A stretch of DNA of 64,000 nt from Bradymonadia bacterium (GTDB lineage: Bacteria; Myxococcota_A; Bradymonadia; UBA7976; UBA1532). The stretch lies in contig JBKAGE010000078.1 of NCBI GenBank assembly GCA_046290225.1, positions 141,460 to 205,459 on the forward strand, read 5' to 3'. The translations under genes and the position numbers were made by a program. Shown here one piece after another: positions 1 to 9,196 of this stretch (position 1 is the first letter of the stretch; each line of letters opens with the position of its first letter). The notes beneath the pieces are model-generated. The model made no database searches. It saw only the letters and a list, made by a program, of their open reading frames with translations, and was not told the origin of the DNA.

Positions 1-1
1 C

Positions 2-277
2 GCGCGGAGCGGCGTGGTGGTCACCACCGAGCTCGATCCCAACCCCCTGGCCATCGGCCACATCATGGGCCACGAGGTGGGTCACTACTTGGGACTTTTC
101 CACACCAGCGAGGCGTTGATCCCAGGTGTGAACGATACCGTGCCCGACACCCCTGAGGGTCAAGCGTCGAACACCAACCTCATGTTCCCCACGGTGACCG
201 ACGGCGAAGCCTCCATGACCGAGGGTCAGGGCACCGTGCTGCACAACAACGCCACCATCTACACCGGGGAGGAGTAA
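2..277 (+). CDS. zinc metalloprotease, C-terminal fragment (M43 ulilysin/pappalysin-like); 5' end lies outside the window
   Basis: The frame is open from the window edge. It contains HEVGHYLGLFHT (HExxHxxGxxH zincin motif) followed by a Met-turn-like NLMFP. Stop is TAA at 275-277. Confidence 0.55.
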   Translation, partial: ARSGVVVTTELDPNPLAIGHIMGHEVGHYLGLFHTSEALIPGVNDTVPDTPEGQASNTNLMFPTVTDGEASMTEGQGTVLHNNATIYTGEE

Positions 278-280
278 GCC

Positions 281-763
281 ATGTCGTCCATGATCAAGAT
301 CCTGACCCTCGCGCTGGCCCTCGCCGCCTCTGTCGCGGGCGCAGCCCACGCAGCCCCGGCCTATCTGACCGACGGCGATCACCGGGCAGAGCTCGTGCTC
401 CGCTCGATGGACACCCCGCTCACTGCAGACGTCATCGCCAAGGCAGGCATCACCGAGCAGCTGGCCATCAAACTGCTCCAGGCCCCTGAGGCCCGGCCCT
501 ACGATCGGGTGCGGGCGGTGAGCGCCCTGGCCTTCTTCCCCACCGACACCGCCTTCTCGGCTGTGGCCGAGCAGATCCGCCTCGGGGCCACCGAGTCGAT
601 CAAGATTCAGGCGGTCATCACTCTGGCTCGGGCCTTTGGCCCTCAGCGCAGCGACGCGGTGAAGTCGATCTTGAGCGCCCTGCCCACCACGGGCAAACTC
701 GGAGAGCACGTCGCTCGCGAGCGGGCTCGCCTGCTCGATCGGGAGACCCCCACCGCGCGCTGA
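281..763 (+). CDS. secreted hypothetical protein (HEAT/ARM-like helical repeats)
   Basis: It starts 4 nt after the upstream stop. N-terminal signal peptide MIKILTLALALAASVAGAAHA. Ala/Leu-rich helical repeats. Confidence 0.5.
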   Translation: MSSMIKILTLALALAASVAGAAHAAPAYLTDGDHRAELVLRSMDTPLTADVIAKAGITEQLAIKLLQAPEARPYDRVRAVSALAFFPTDTAFSAVAEQIRLGATESIKIQAVITLARAFGPQRSDAVKSILSALPTTGKLGEHVARERARLLDRETPTAR

Positions 764-771
764 GGTCGAAC

Positions 772-1977
772 ATGTGGGCGCCTGACAACCGCCTGGCCCC
801 CTTCCAGGTCACGACGCAGATCCTCGATGCGCTTCGCTCTGGCCAGCCGACGCACCCCTGGCTGAGCCCCCTCGCCACCCACCTGTCCAGGCTCGACATC
901 GATCAGAGCCAGCATCTGAGCCGATATTGCCGGCATGGGCTGGAGCCCATCGATCTGCGCACCAGTGCCCCCGCCGGCGCCATGCTCAAGACCCCCAATG
1001 GTTGGGCCCTCGCCGCCATGCTGAGCTTCCACGGCAGTGGCTATGTCCGAGAGCAAGCCACACGCTGGCTCGCGGCCAAGAGCATCCCTGAGGTGCTTCC
1101 CTTCTTGATCCTGCGCATGAACGACTGGACACCAGCGGTGCGGGCCGTGGCCCTCGAGGCCATGGATCGCAGGCTGGCGCAGCCATGGGCGCCGGCGCTG
1201 CTCAAGCATTTGGGCAGCCTCCTGGCCCTCAAGCGCTGGAAGCGGGTAAACCACAAGCCGTTCTGGCAGCGACTGATTCAATTCCTCGGCGCCCCAGAGC
1301 AGCTCGAAGATGTGATCAGGAGCCTCGACACCTCCGACACGGAGAGCCGGCGTCAGCTCTACCCGTTGGCGCTCTCTGCGGCCCCCCATCGAGGGCTTGA
1401 GCTGATTCAGCGGGCCATCGCAGAGCGCGACGCTCGTCTGCGTCGTTGGGCCATCAAAGAGCTGATAAGACACCCAGAGTGGTGCTCCACAGCGTTGTTG
1501 GCGCCTCTGCTGCTGGACGAGGCCCTGGTTATCCGGGGTGAGGCCCAACGCATGCAGCACCAAGCTGACGGCACCTTTGATCAGGCGGCACTCTATCGAG
1601 AAAAGATCATTGAAGGCGGGCCGACCCTGAGGGCGGCCCTCTTCGGCCTTGGCGAGTCTGGCGGCTCAGAAGAAGCGGTGCACATCGCCCCCTTCCTGCA
1701 GCACGAAACCACATCGATTCAGAGAGCTGCCCTGTATGGGCTGGCCTACTGCGATCTGGATAATCAAGCGGAGACGGTCATCGCTCTGGTTGCCTCTCCT
1801 CGGCGCCGGGTCTCCAACGATGCTACAAACCAGCTGATTCGCTCTCCGCACCTGGTGGTGGCTCACCGCGCGCTCATCGAGGGCTTGCTCACCGCCGATG
1901 CCCCATCTTTTGTACGCACCAACGCCGAGCTGGCCCTGGAGGCCGGTGACGCATACACGGAACGCTGGTTGTCATGA
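772..1977 (+). CDS. hypothetical HEAT-repeat protein
   Basis: 401-aa ORF, 8 nt after the previous gene. Repeated AVRAxALEAL / RAALYGLA helical-repeat units. Its stop overlaps the next start (ATGA at 1974-1977). Confidence 0.5.
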   Translation: MWAPDNRLAPFQVTTQILDALRSGQPTHPWLSPLATHLSRLDIDQSQHLSRYCRHGLEPIDLRTSAPAGAMLKTPNGWALAAMLSFHGSGYVREQATRWLAAKSIPEVLPFLILRMNDWTPAVRAVALEAMDRRLAQPWAPALLKHLGSLLALKRWKRVNHKPFWQRLIQFLGAPEQLEDVIRSLDTSDTESRRQLYPLALSAAPHRGLELIQRAIAERDARLRRWAIKELIRHPEWCSTALLAPLLLDEALVIRGEAQRMQHQADGTFDQAALYREKIIEGGPTLRAALFGLGESGGSEEAVHIAPFLQHETTSIQRAALYGLAYCDLDNQAETVIALVASPRRRVSNDATNQLIRSPHLVVAHRALIEGLLTADAPSFVRTNAELALEAGDAYTERWLS

Positions 1978-2894
1978 GTGTTGATCTGCCCACCTCAGAG
2001 ACCGTCACCGAAGCTGTCAGCCGGGCTGCAGCCCGCAGGCTCGAGGACGACACACTCGGGGCCCTCGAACACGTGCGCCTGTTCGACGGCGGTACGGATG
2101 GCGTACGTGGGCTCTTCATCGAAGCCTTCGGACCCGCCCACGCCCGCCGACTGCGGGTCACCGGACCTCCAGACCTGGCGCCGCTCCAGCAGGCCATCCT
2201 CAAAGGCCTGCCTGAGGCACATGGTGTGTACTGGCGGTTTGGCCACGCCCATCAACAAGGGCCTGACGATGGCGAAATGCAGGTAGCAGAGTACGGCTTG
2301 AAGTATCACGTACAGTTGCTCGGGCAGCGAAACGCCGGGCTGTTCCCTCAGGTGCGCATCGCCCGTCGGTGGCTGCGCGAGCACGTCGAGGGGCGCCGGA
2401 TCCTCAATCTGTTCTCGTACACGTGCGCCTTTGGGGTGGTGGCCGCCGCCCACGGCGCGCGGTCCACCATCAATGTGGATACAGCCAAAGGCGTACTCGC
2501 CAAGGGGCAAGCCAACTACGCCCTCAACAGTCTCTCCATCGATCCCCGGGCGTTTTGGCGGGAGAGCGCGAAGGAAGCACTCAAGCAGTTGAAGAAGAGA
2601 GGGACTCGTCTGGACGGCGTCATCATCGATCCGCCGCCAAGAGCAGTCTTCGACAAGAGCAAGCGATGGCGATTCGATCCTCTGAAGGATCTCTGCCCCA
2701 CCGTGAGCGCCTCTGCGGCCCTCCTCGACGAAGGCGGGTGGTTGATGGTGGTGAACGCCGGGGCCCGTGTGACCGACGAGGCTCTCATCGAAGCCGCAGG
2801 GCTCGGCGCGCCGATCTGGACGGCCACGCCAGACGCCGACTGCCCGACACCAGAAGGCCGACCACCCGTGCGGATGATGGTGATGTCACGCTGA
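1974..2894 (+). CDS. class I SAM-dependent rRNA methyltransferase, RlmI/RlmK-like (no PUA domain)
   Basis: LNLFSYTCAFGV (SAM-binding region) and VIIDPPP (DPPx motif) typical of the RlmI family. 4-nt overlap with the upstream gene. Confidence 0.6.
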   Translation: MSVDLPTSETVTEAVSRAAARRLEDDTLGALEHVRLFDGGTDGVRGLFIEAFGPAHARRLRVTGPPDLAPLQQAILKGLPEAHGVYWRFGHAHQQGPDDGEMQVAEYGLKYHVQLLGQRNAGLFPQVRIARRWLREHVEGRRILNLFSYTCAFGVVAAAHGARSTINVDTAKGVLAKGQANYALNSLSIDPRAFWRESAKEALKQLKKRGTRLDGVIIDPPPRAVFDKSKRWRFDPLKDLCPTVSASAALLDEGGWLMVVNAGARVTDEALIEAAGLGAPIWTATPDADCPTPEGRPPVRMMVMSR

Positions 2895-2897
2895 GGG

Positions 2898-3261
2898 CTA
2901 GCCTCGGTAGATCACCTTGGAGACGTCGTTCTCTCGAAGCACCAGCTGAACGAGGCCCTCAAGCTGGGGGGCGAGCCGATCCCAGAACCACGTCACGAGC
3001 ACCTCGCTCGTGGGGTTGGACAAGCCCTCGATCTCGTTCAAGTAATTGTGATCGACCTGATCCCGAAGTGGGTTCACGGCCTTCTCGATGTCGCCGAAGT
3101 CGATGACGAACCCGGTCTCGGGATCCATCTCCCCCGCCACGTGAATGTCCAGGTAGAACGCCAGACCATACAGGTTCTTACAGGGATGGCCGTCGGGCAC
3201 TCGGGGCAGGCGGCGGGCAGACTCGAAACGGATGGTGTGGACCAGCTCGTAGTGACTCACT
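2898..3261 (-). CDS. 6-carboxytetrahydropterin synthase (QueD/PTPS)-fold protein with a degenerate metal site
   Basis: Collinear with QueD over its whole length: catalytic Cys retained (DGHPC), then DHNYLNE and NPTSEVL motifs. The CxxxHGH motif reads CKNLYGL and the N-terminal His reads R (FESARRLP). GTG start at 3261; the ORF-track frame is open to 3404, but that extension has no homology. Confidence 0.65.
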
Positions 3262-3316
3262 CGATGTCCTCGTGTCAGTGATGGGGCGCTGGAGTGCGCC
3301 TCCCCGTAATGGATGA

Positions 3317-4444
3317 TCAGCAGGGCTCTGGGGTGGCATCGTCGACGATCACCGCGGGATCGAGATAGCGATGCACCCCCCCGAGGGGGCTCTCCATCCA
3401 CCACTCCCCTGGATGCTCTCCTCGACGTACGTGGCTGCTGTCCACCGGTACCTTGCCCAGGCCTCCGGGGATGTCAATGACGTACGTGGGCCACGCGAGG
3501 CCGGTGAGGCGACCGCGCAAGCGCTTCACGAGGGCCAGCCCGTCGTCGATGCTCACACGGAAATGCTGTGTGCCCACCGTGAGATCAGGATGATGCAAAT
3601 AGTAGGGCCGAACCTGACGATCGACGAGGGCTTCGCACAGCTCGGCGAGCACCTCGGCGCTGTCGTTGACGCCCTTGAGCAGCACCGACTGGTTGAGCAC
3701 CGTCACCCCTGCCCGCACCAGGCGCTCAAGGGCTTCTGTGGCCTCGGTGGTCAGCTCACGTGGGTGATTGAAGTGGGCCACGAGGTAGAGCGGACGCGCC
3801 TGCCCCAGCACCTCTGCGAGGGCGTCATCCACCCGCATGGGCAAGGTCACGGGCACTCGCGTGTGGATCCTCAGGCGTTTGATCGAGGGCACCGAGAGCA
3901 CGCGCTCCAGCAGCTTGCCGAGGCGGGCATCAGGCAACAACAGCGGATCCCCGCCACTGAGAATGATCTCTTTGATCTCAGGATGTTTCGAAAGATACGT
4001 GATGCTCTCGTCAAGGGCCTGATGCAGCCGGATGTCCTCGGTGTTGAGGGCCACCTTGCGAAAGCAGTAACGGCAATACATCGGGCACCTGAGGGTGGGC
4101 AGCAGCAGCGCTCGATCAGGGTATCGATGAATCAGCAACTCGGTGGGTGAGTGGGCGGCGTCACCGATGGGATCCGGGCGCTCCATCGGCCTCTCAAGCA
4201 ACTCTGCCGCATCCGGGATCGCCTGCTTTCGGATCGGGCAGTCCGGATCATTCCAGTCTACGAGGCCGAGGTAGTAGGCGCTCACCTGCATGCGATAGCG
4301 AGCGGTGACCCGAGCCAGCTCGGCGCCCTGTGCAGGGTCGATGAGGCCATCGTCGATGAGGGGCTGGATCTCGCGGACGCTGCCCACGAGCTGACGGCGC
4401 CAGTCATCCCGAGGGGTCGGGGTGGCGCGAGGGGGGGTGTTCAT
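3317..4444 (-). CDS. KamA-family radical SAM protein (lysine 2,3-aminomutase / EpmB-like)
   Basis: CPMYCRYCFRK (CxxxCxxC resembling the KamA cluster motif CSMYCRHC). GGDPLLL SAM-binding motif. 375 aa. Its start overlaps the upstream stop (ATGA at 4441-4444). Confidence 0.75.
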   Translation of the reverse strand: MNTPPRATPTPRDDWRRQLVGSVREIQPLIDDGLIDPAQGAELARVTARYRMQVSAYYLGLVDWNDPDCPIRKQAIPDAAELLERPMERPDPIGDAAHSPTELLIHRYPDRALLLPTLRCPMYCRYCFRKVALNTEDIRLHQALDESITYLSKHPEIKEIILSGGDPLLLPDARLGKLLERVLSVPSIKRLRIHTRVPVTLPMRVDDALAEVLGQARPLYLVAHFNHPRELTTEATEALERLVRAGVTVLNQSVLLKGVNDSAEVLAELCEALVDRQVRPYYLHHPDLTVGTQHFRVSIDDGLALVKRLRGRLTGLAWPTYVIDIPGGLGKVPVDSSHVRRGEHPGEWWMESPLGGVHRYLDPAVIVDDATPEPC

Positions 4445-5001
4445 TCGTCGGCGCCACCCTCTTCATCGGCGGGCGGCTCGGGGGCTTCTTTTGCAGCCTT
4501 GGCGGAGAGCTTGGCGTGCAACTTTTCGACCTTCTTGAGCTTTTTGCTGAGCTTCTTGATCTTCTTGGTGAACTGCTTGCGGATCTTCACGATGTTTTTG
4601 GCGAGCTTCTTCTGCTTCGCCGGCACATCTTCGGTCTGATACGCCTCGAGCATGCTGCGGTGCTTCTCGATGTAGGTGTCCTGCAGCGGGATCCACTTCG
4701 AGATGATCTTGCCCAGGGCTTCGTCCACCTTGGCGTATCGCTCCTCGCCCTTCTGCAGCGCGTTGAACTTGGCCTGGATCTCCTCGCGGGCCTTGTTCAC
4801 CTCTTCGAGGAGCTTGGCGTCGGGATCTTTCTGGGCGGCCTTCTCTTTGGGCTTGCGCTCTTCGAGCTCGGCGCCGAGGGCATCTCCCTCGAGATCAGCG
4901 GCCTCGGCCTCCAGATCAGCCCCCTGGGCGAAGGACATGCTGGGCACCAGGAGGGCCAGGGCGAGACACAGTGACATGGACAGCCGGGTGAACACGGTCA
5001 T
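4441..5001 (-). CDS. secreted Lys/Glu-rich coiled-coil protein
   Basis: I chose ATG at 5001 (MTVFTRLSMSLCLALALLVPSMSFAQG signal peptide) preceded by a GGAG RBS. The rest is a K/E-rich low-complexity helix. 4-nt overlap with the kamA-like start. Confidence 0.5.
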   Translation of the reverse strand: MTVFTRLSMSLCLALALLVPSMSFAQGADLEAEAADLEGDALGAELEERKPKEKAAQKDPDAKLLEEVNKAREEIQAKFNALQKGEERYAKVDEALGKIISKWIPLQDTYIEKHRSMLEAYQTEDVPAKQKKLAKNIVKIRKQFTKKIKKLSKKLKKVEKLHAKLSAKAAKEAPEPPADEEGGADE

Positions 5002-5103
5002 GTTTTTTCTCCTCAACTCTTCTTTGAGGGCTCGTTGGAGCACTCGATCGTCGACGCATGATGCGGCGTCGTCGGGCTGTGACGCAATGTTGGCCAACAT
5101 ATT

Positions 5104-6255
5104 TCAATGGCGGGTCGATGGCCATCGACTCTGCAACCACTCGATGGCCAGCAAGACCTCCCCGGCGGTGTAGAGCCGAGGGGCGTGGATCCCATACTCC
5201 ACGGTGGTCTCCCAATGCCAGAGCGTATGTCGAGCGAGGCGCCGCGCGGCTTCCTCATCGTCCAGGCGCGCCGCGAGCCTCACCAGGCAGGTCCAGGTGG
5301 CCACCCCTGCCCTTTTCTCACCCCGGTAGGCCCCCGTGTTCACGTCGTAGTACCGCTTCAAGCCGAGCAGGCGGCCTACGGCGAAGTCGAGCAGTTTGCG
5401 AGCCACCTGCGGATCGCCCTCCACCACCGACTCGGCCACAGCGCAGCTGTTGTTCAGCTGCACGATCCCATCCGGGGCGAAGAAAGCCAGATCTCGCTCT
5501 GGCAGGAGCGTGGCCACGTCGGGTTGCACCATGCTGCGGAAGAGCCCCGTGGAGGCCTGAGCGCGCCGCACCACCGTGTAGGTCTGCTCGGCGACCTCGG
5601 CGAACCGACGTCGCCGGGTGTCGATGTCGGCTCTGCTCTCTTGGGCACTCAGCCGCAGCGCGCCATCGCTGGCCTGAGCAGCCCGGGCCAGCAGGTCGGG
5701 ATGATAGTCCACCAAAAACGAGTCGTTGGCGAAGGCTCGGGTCTGAAAATTGAAGTAGTTCCTGATGAGCCAGATGCCCTGCTCTTCGAAGGCGTGCCGG
5801 CAGTACCCTTCCAAGATGACCACCGCCTGCCGACGCCATTGCGGGTGCTCGAAGCGCTCACTCCCGAGCCAGAGCGCGTCAGCCAATCGGAGGGCCTCCG
5901 TGGTGCCCGAGGCGTCAGGGGGCTCGCCCTGCTTGAACCGCCAGGGGACGAAGCCGCGGGTGTACGGATCGCTGGGATCGTCCCGCCAGAGATACGGAAG
6001 CACCTGATCAGCCAGACCACGAAATGCGACCTCATCCCCTCGCCGAGCCAGCACGATCATCAACTGAGCGACGTCCACTGTATAGATGTAGCCATCTGCA
6101 CGAGCGAGATCGCCCTCGGTGATGCGCATCACCTCGGCAGTGACAGCAGTGTCGATCTCGGCGATGGCTTCGTGATCCAGGCACGGCGTCCAAAACAACG
6201 CCCCGAGCCCACCCAGAACCACCAGCGCAGACATGAAGAGGAGTGCGCGCCACAC
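5104..6255 (-). CDS. hypothetical membrane-anchored protein
   Basis: 383-aa ORF with N-terminal TM/signal (LLFMSALVVLGGLGALFW). It starts 2 nt after the speA stop. I recognise no domain. Confidence 0.45.
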   Translation of the reverse strand: MWRALLFMSALVVLGGLGALFWTPCLDHEAIAEIDTAVTAEVMRITEGDLARADGYIYTVDVAQLMIVLARRGDEVAFRGLADQVLPYLWRDDPSDPYTRGFVPWRFKQGEPPDASGTTEALRLADALWLGSERFEHPQWRRQAVVILEGYCRHAFEEQGIWLIRNYFNFQTRAFANDSFLVDYHPDLLARAAQASDGALRLSAQESRADIDTRRRRFAEVAEQTYTVVRRAQASTGLFRSMVQPDVATLLPERDLAFFAPDGIVQLNNSCAVAESVVEGDPQVARKLLDFAVGRLLGLKRYYDVNTGAYRGEKRAGVATWTCLVRLAARLDDEEAARRLARHTLWHWETTVEYGIHAPRLYTAGEVLLAIEWLQSRWPSTRH

Positions 6256-6257
6256 GA

Positions 6258-8186
6258 TCAGTCGTCGTCGGGGTTCAAGTAGGTGTAGCGGCCGAGGCTG
6301 CTCTCGTAGTGGCGCATGAGCAGCCGCACCTGAGGCAGCGTGAGGCGGCCTTCGTTGAGGGCGGTCTCGGCCTGCCGACGCACACGCTCCACCATGTCCT
6401 CGGGATCGTACTGCACATAGTGCAGCACCTCTTGAATCGAGTCCCCCTTCACCACGTGGGCTACCTCGTATCCATAGTCGGTGGTGCGTACGTGGACCGC
6501 GTTGGTGTCGCCGAACAGGTTGTGCAGATCGCCCAGGATCTCCTGATAGGCCCCCACCAGGAACATGGCCACATAGTATGGCTGCCCGCTCTGGATGGGG
6601 TGCAGCTCCAAGACGGGCTTGTGCCCCTCGCGGTCGATGAAGGTGCTGATGGCGCCGTCGCTGTCACAGGTGAGATCTGCGAGGGTGGCCCGCACCGTGG
6701 GCTCCTCGGCGAGGCGGTGCAATGGCATGATGGGAAACAGCTGGTCGATGGCCCAGGCGTCTGGGGCAGACTGGAACACCGAGAAGTTGCAGTAGTAGAT
6801 GCTCGACAGCTCCGACTCGAGCACCTGCAGCTCTTCGGGCACGTACTCCAACTGCCGTACTCGACGCAGCAGTCGCTGAGCGCAGTGCCAGAACAAGCTC
6901 TCTACATGGGCTTTCTGCCGCAAGGTGAGGTAGCCGAGGGTGAACAGGCTCTGAGCTTCGTGGCGGGCCTGGACAGCGTCGTGCAGCACCTCTTGCAGGT
7001 TGGAGTCGTCATTGATGCCCTGCAGCGTGTCCCACAGTTGGGTGATGAGCAGCGGAGCGTCCTCCGCGGGCCTGGCAGGCGGGCCGAAGGAGAACGCGTT
7101 GGTGCCCAGCACGTCGAAGACCAGAACCGACTGGTGGGCCACCACCGCGCGGCCGCTCTCGCTCACCAGAGTGGGCGGCGTCAGGTTGGCCCGAGCGCAC
7201 GCATCGTTCACCGTGGAGACCACGTCGTAGGCGTACTCTTGGATGCTGTAATTGACCGATGCCTGCATGTTGCTGTGCGAGCCGTCGTAGTCGATGCCCA
7301 GGCCCCCACCCACGTCGAGGTAGCGCATGGGGCAGCCCATGCGGGCGAGCTCCACGAAGATGTTTGCCGCCTCCTTGAGGGCCGACTTGATGGGCAGAAT
7401 GCTGCTGATCTGGCTGCCGATGTGAAAATGCAGCAGCGCCAGGCTGCCCACCATGCCCCGGGCGGCGAGCCGATCGACGGCTTCGACCAGCTCGGAAGAG
7501 CTCAGGCCGAACTTCGCCCGATCTCCGGTGGATTCCGCCCATCGACCCATCCCCTTCGTGCTCAGCCGGGCGCGGACCCCGAGGATGGGCTTGATGCCCA
7601 GCTTCTTGCTCGCCTGGAACACCAGATCGAGCTCTTCGATGCGCTCGAGCACGATGACCACGGTCTTGCCGAACTGCTGAGCCAGAAGGGCTGTCTCGAT
7701 GTAGGCTTCGTCTTTATAGCCGTTGCAGATGATCAACCCATCAGGGTCGGTCATGGCAGAGAGCGCGATGAGCAGCTCGGGCTTCGAGCCGCACTCCAGG
7801 CCGAAGCTGAAGGCGCGGCCATGACTCACGATCTCGTCCACCACATGACGCTGCTGGTTCACCTTCACGGGGAACACGCCGCGATAAACGCCTTGATAGT
7901 CAGATTCTTCGATGGCCCGGTTGAAGCACTCGTTGAGGGTCCTGATCCGGTGCCTGATGATGTCGGAAAACCGGATCAACATGGGCAGATCGAGACCTCG
8001 CGCCTTGAGATCGTTGATCAACGCGTACAGGTCGATGGATCGGGGCTGCTCCGGATCAGGTGTGACCTGGACATGCCCTCGGGTGTTGATCGTGAAGTAG
8101 GGGTCACCCCAACCGCCGATGTTGTAGAGCTCGGCGCTCTGCTCGACGCCCCAGCGGGCCTTGCGAGATTGGTCGTTCATCGACAC
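6258..8186 (-). CDS. speA: biosynthetic arginine decarboxylase
   Basis: Full-length match to the SpeA pattern: YNIGGWG, CNGYKD, PLP-fold motifs, VGAYQEILGDLHNLFGDT, and C-terminal GRYTYL. Confidence 0.9.
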   Translation of the reverse strand: MSMNDQSRKARWGVEQSAELYNIGGWGDPYFTINTRGHVQVTPDPEQPRSIDLYALINDLKARGLDLPMLIRFSDIIRHRIRTLNECFNRAIEESDYQGVYRGVFPVKVNQQRHVVDEIVSHGRAFSFGLECGSKPELLIALSAMTDPDGLIICNGYKDEAYIETALLAQQFGKTVVIVLERIEELDLVFQASKKLGIKPILGVRARLSTKGMGRWAESTGDRAKFGLSSSELVEAVDRLAARGMVGSLALLHFHIGSQISSILPIKSALKEAANIFVELARMGCPMRYLDVGGGLGIDYDGSHSNMQASVNYSIQEYAYDVVSTVNDACARANLTPPTLVSESGRAVVAHQSVLVFDVLGTNAFSFGPPARPAEDAPLLITQLWDTLQGINDDSNLQEVLHDAVQARHEAQSLFTLGYLTLRQKAHVESLFWHCAQRLLRRVRQLEYVPEELQVLESELSSIYYCNFSVFQSAPDAWAIDQLFPIMPLHRLAEEPTVRATLADLTCDSDGAISTFIDREGHKPVLELHPIQSGQPYYVAMFLVGAYQEILGDLHNLFGDTNAVHVRTTDYGYEVAHVVKGDSIQEVLHYVQYDPEDMVERVRRQAETALNEGRLTLPQVRLLMRHYESSLGRYTYLNPDDD

Positions 8187-8338
8187 CTCTAGAAGATCAG
8201 GTGGCTGCTCAGCCCAGAGCGCGTGGGAGTATACTCACGACGCCGCGTGGAGCCACACAAGAGTGCATCTCGAGTCACGGGCAAGCGGCAGATTCTCACG
8301 CGTTGCCAGGGGCACGGGTTCGTGGGAGACTCCCGAGC

Positions 8339-9196
8339 ATGTGTGAACTTCTTGGGATGAGCGCCAACGTCCCCACGGATATCTGTTTCAGCTTTCGTGG
8401 GTTGATGGAACGAGGCGGCCGTACCGGCCCTCACCGGGATGGATGGGGGGTGGCTTTCTACGAGGGCCGGCACTGCCGGGCCTTTCACGATCCAGCGCCG
8501 AGCGCCCAGAGCCCGCTGGCGTTGTTCTTGAATCATTATCCGATCAAGAGCGTGAACGTGGTGTGCCACATCAGGCAGGCCACCCACGGCAAAGTCTGTC
8601 TCGAAAACACCCACCCCTTCATCAGAGAGCTCTGGGGCCTCACCTGGACCTTTGCGCACAACGGCAAGTCCAAGGGCGTGAAACGCTGGCCGCTTCGGTT
8701 CTACACCCCTGTGGGCACCACCGACAGCGAGCACGCCTTCTGCTGGTTGCTCGACCAGCTCCGAGCGCGCTGGCCCGAGAAGCCCAAACGCTGGGGCCCG
8801 GTGCATCGCTTCATCCGCGACCTCTGCGACACCCTCAGGCCCCTGGGCACCTTCAACATGTTGCTGAGCAACTCGAAGGTGCTCTACGCCTACTGCACTA
8901 CGCATCTGTGCTGGATCACGCGCCGTGCCCCCTTTGGCGAAGCTCGGCTCATCGATGCCGACTTCGAGGTAGATTTTCAGAAGGAGACCACGCCAAACGA
9001 CGTGGTGACCGTCATCGCCACCCGCCCGCTGACGAGCAACGAGGCGTGGCACACCATGGGCACTGGGGAGATGAAGATCTTCCGCGACGGGCTCATCGTG
9101 CCCTTGTCGGAGCGACGAGGGCGCCTCACGGCACCTCTCACAGCGCCCACCACAGCACCTGAAGACGCCGGGGCCTCTCAGTCCTCATCGAGGTGA
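8339..9196 (+). CDS. yafJ: class II glutamine amidotransferase, YafJ-type
   Basis: Begins MCELLGMSANVPTDICFSF (Cys2 N-terminal nucleophile), as in YafJ. I moved the start to the ATG at 8339; the ORF-track start at 8201 would add a non-homologous extension. Confidence 0.8.
   Translation: MCELLGMSANVPTDICFSFRGLMERGGRTGPHRDGWGVAFYEGRHCRAFHDPAPSAQSPLALFLNHYPIKSVNVVCHIRQATHGKVCLENTHPFIRELWGLTWTFAHNGKSKGVKRWPLRFYTPVGTTDSEHAFCWLLDQLRARWPEKPKRWGPVHRFIRDLCDTLRPLGTFNMLLSNSKVLYAYCTTHLCWITRRAPFGEARLIDADFEVDFQKETTPNDVVTVIATRPLTSNEAWHTMGTGEMKIFRDGLIVPLSERRGRLTAPLTAPTTAPEDAGASQSSSR

Noticed and set aside
6243-8192. 649-aa plus-strand ORF opposite speA, and similar long antisense ORFs opposite other genes (643..1563 -, 35052..36578 +, 58088..61402 +, 42380..43600 +)
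   Set aside because: This is high-GC frame persistence. They have no recognisable motifs and a low-complexity Arg/Gly/Ala bias, and the opposite strand in each case encodes a clearly homologous protein.
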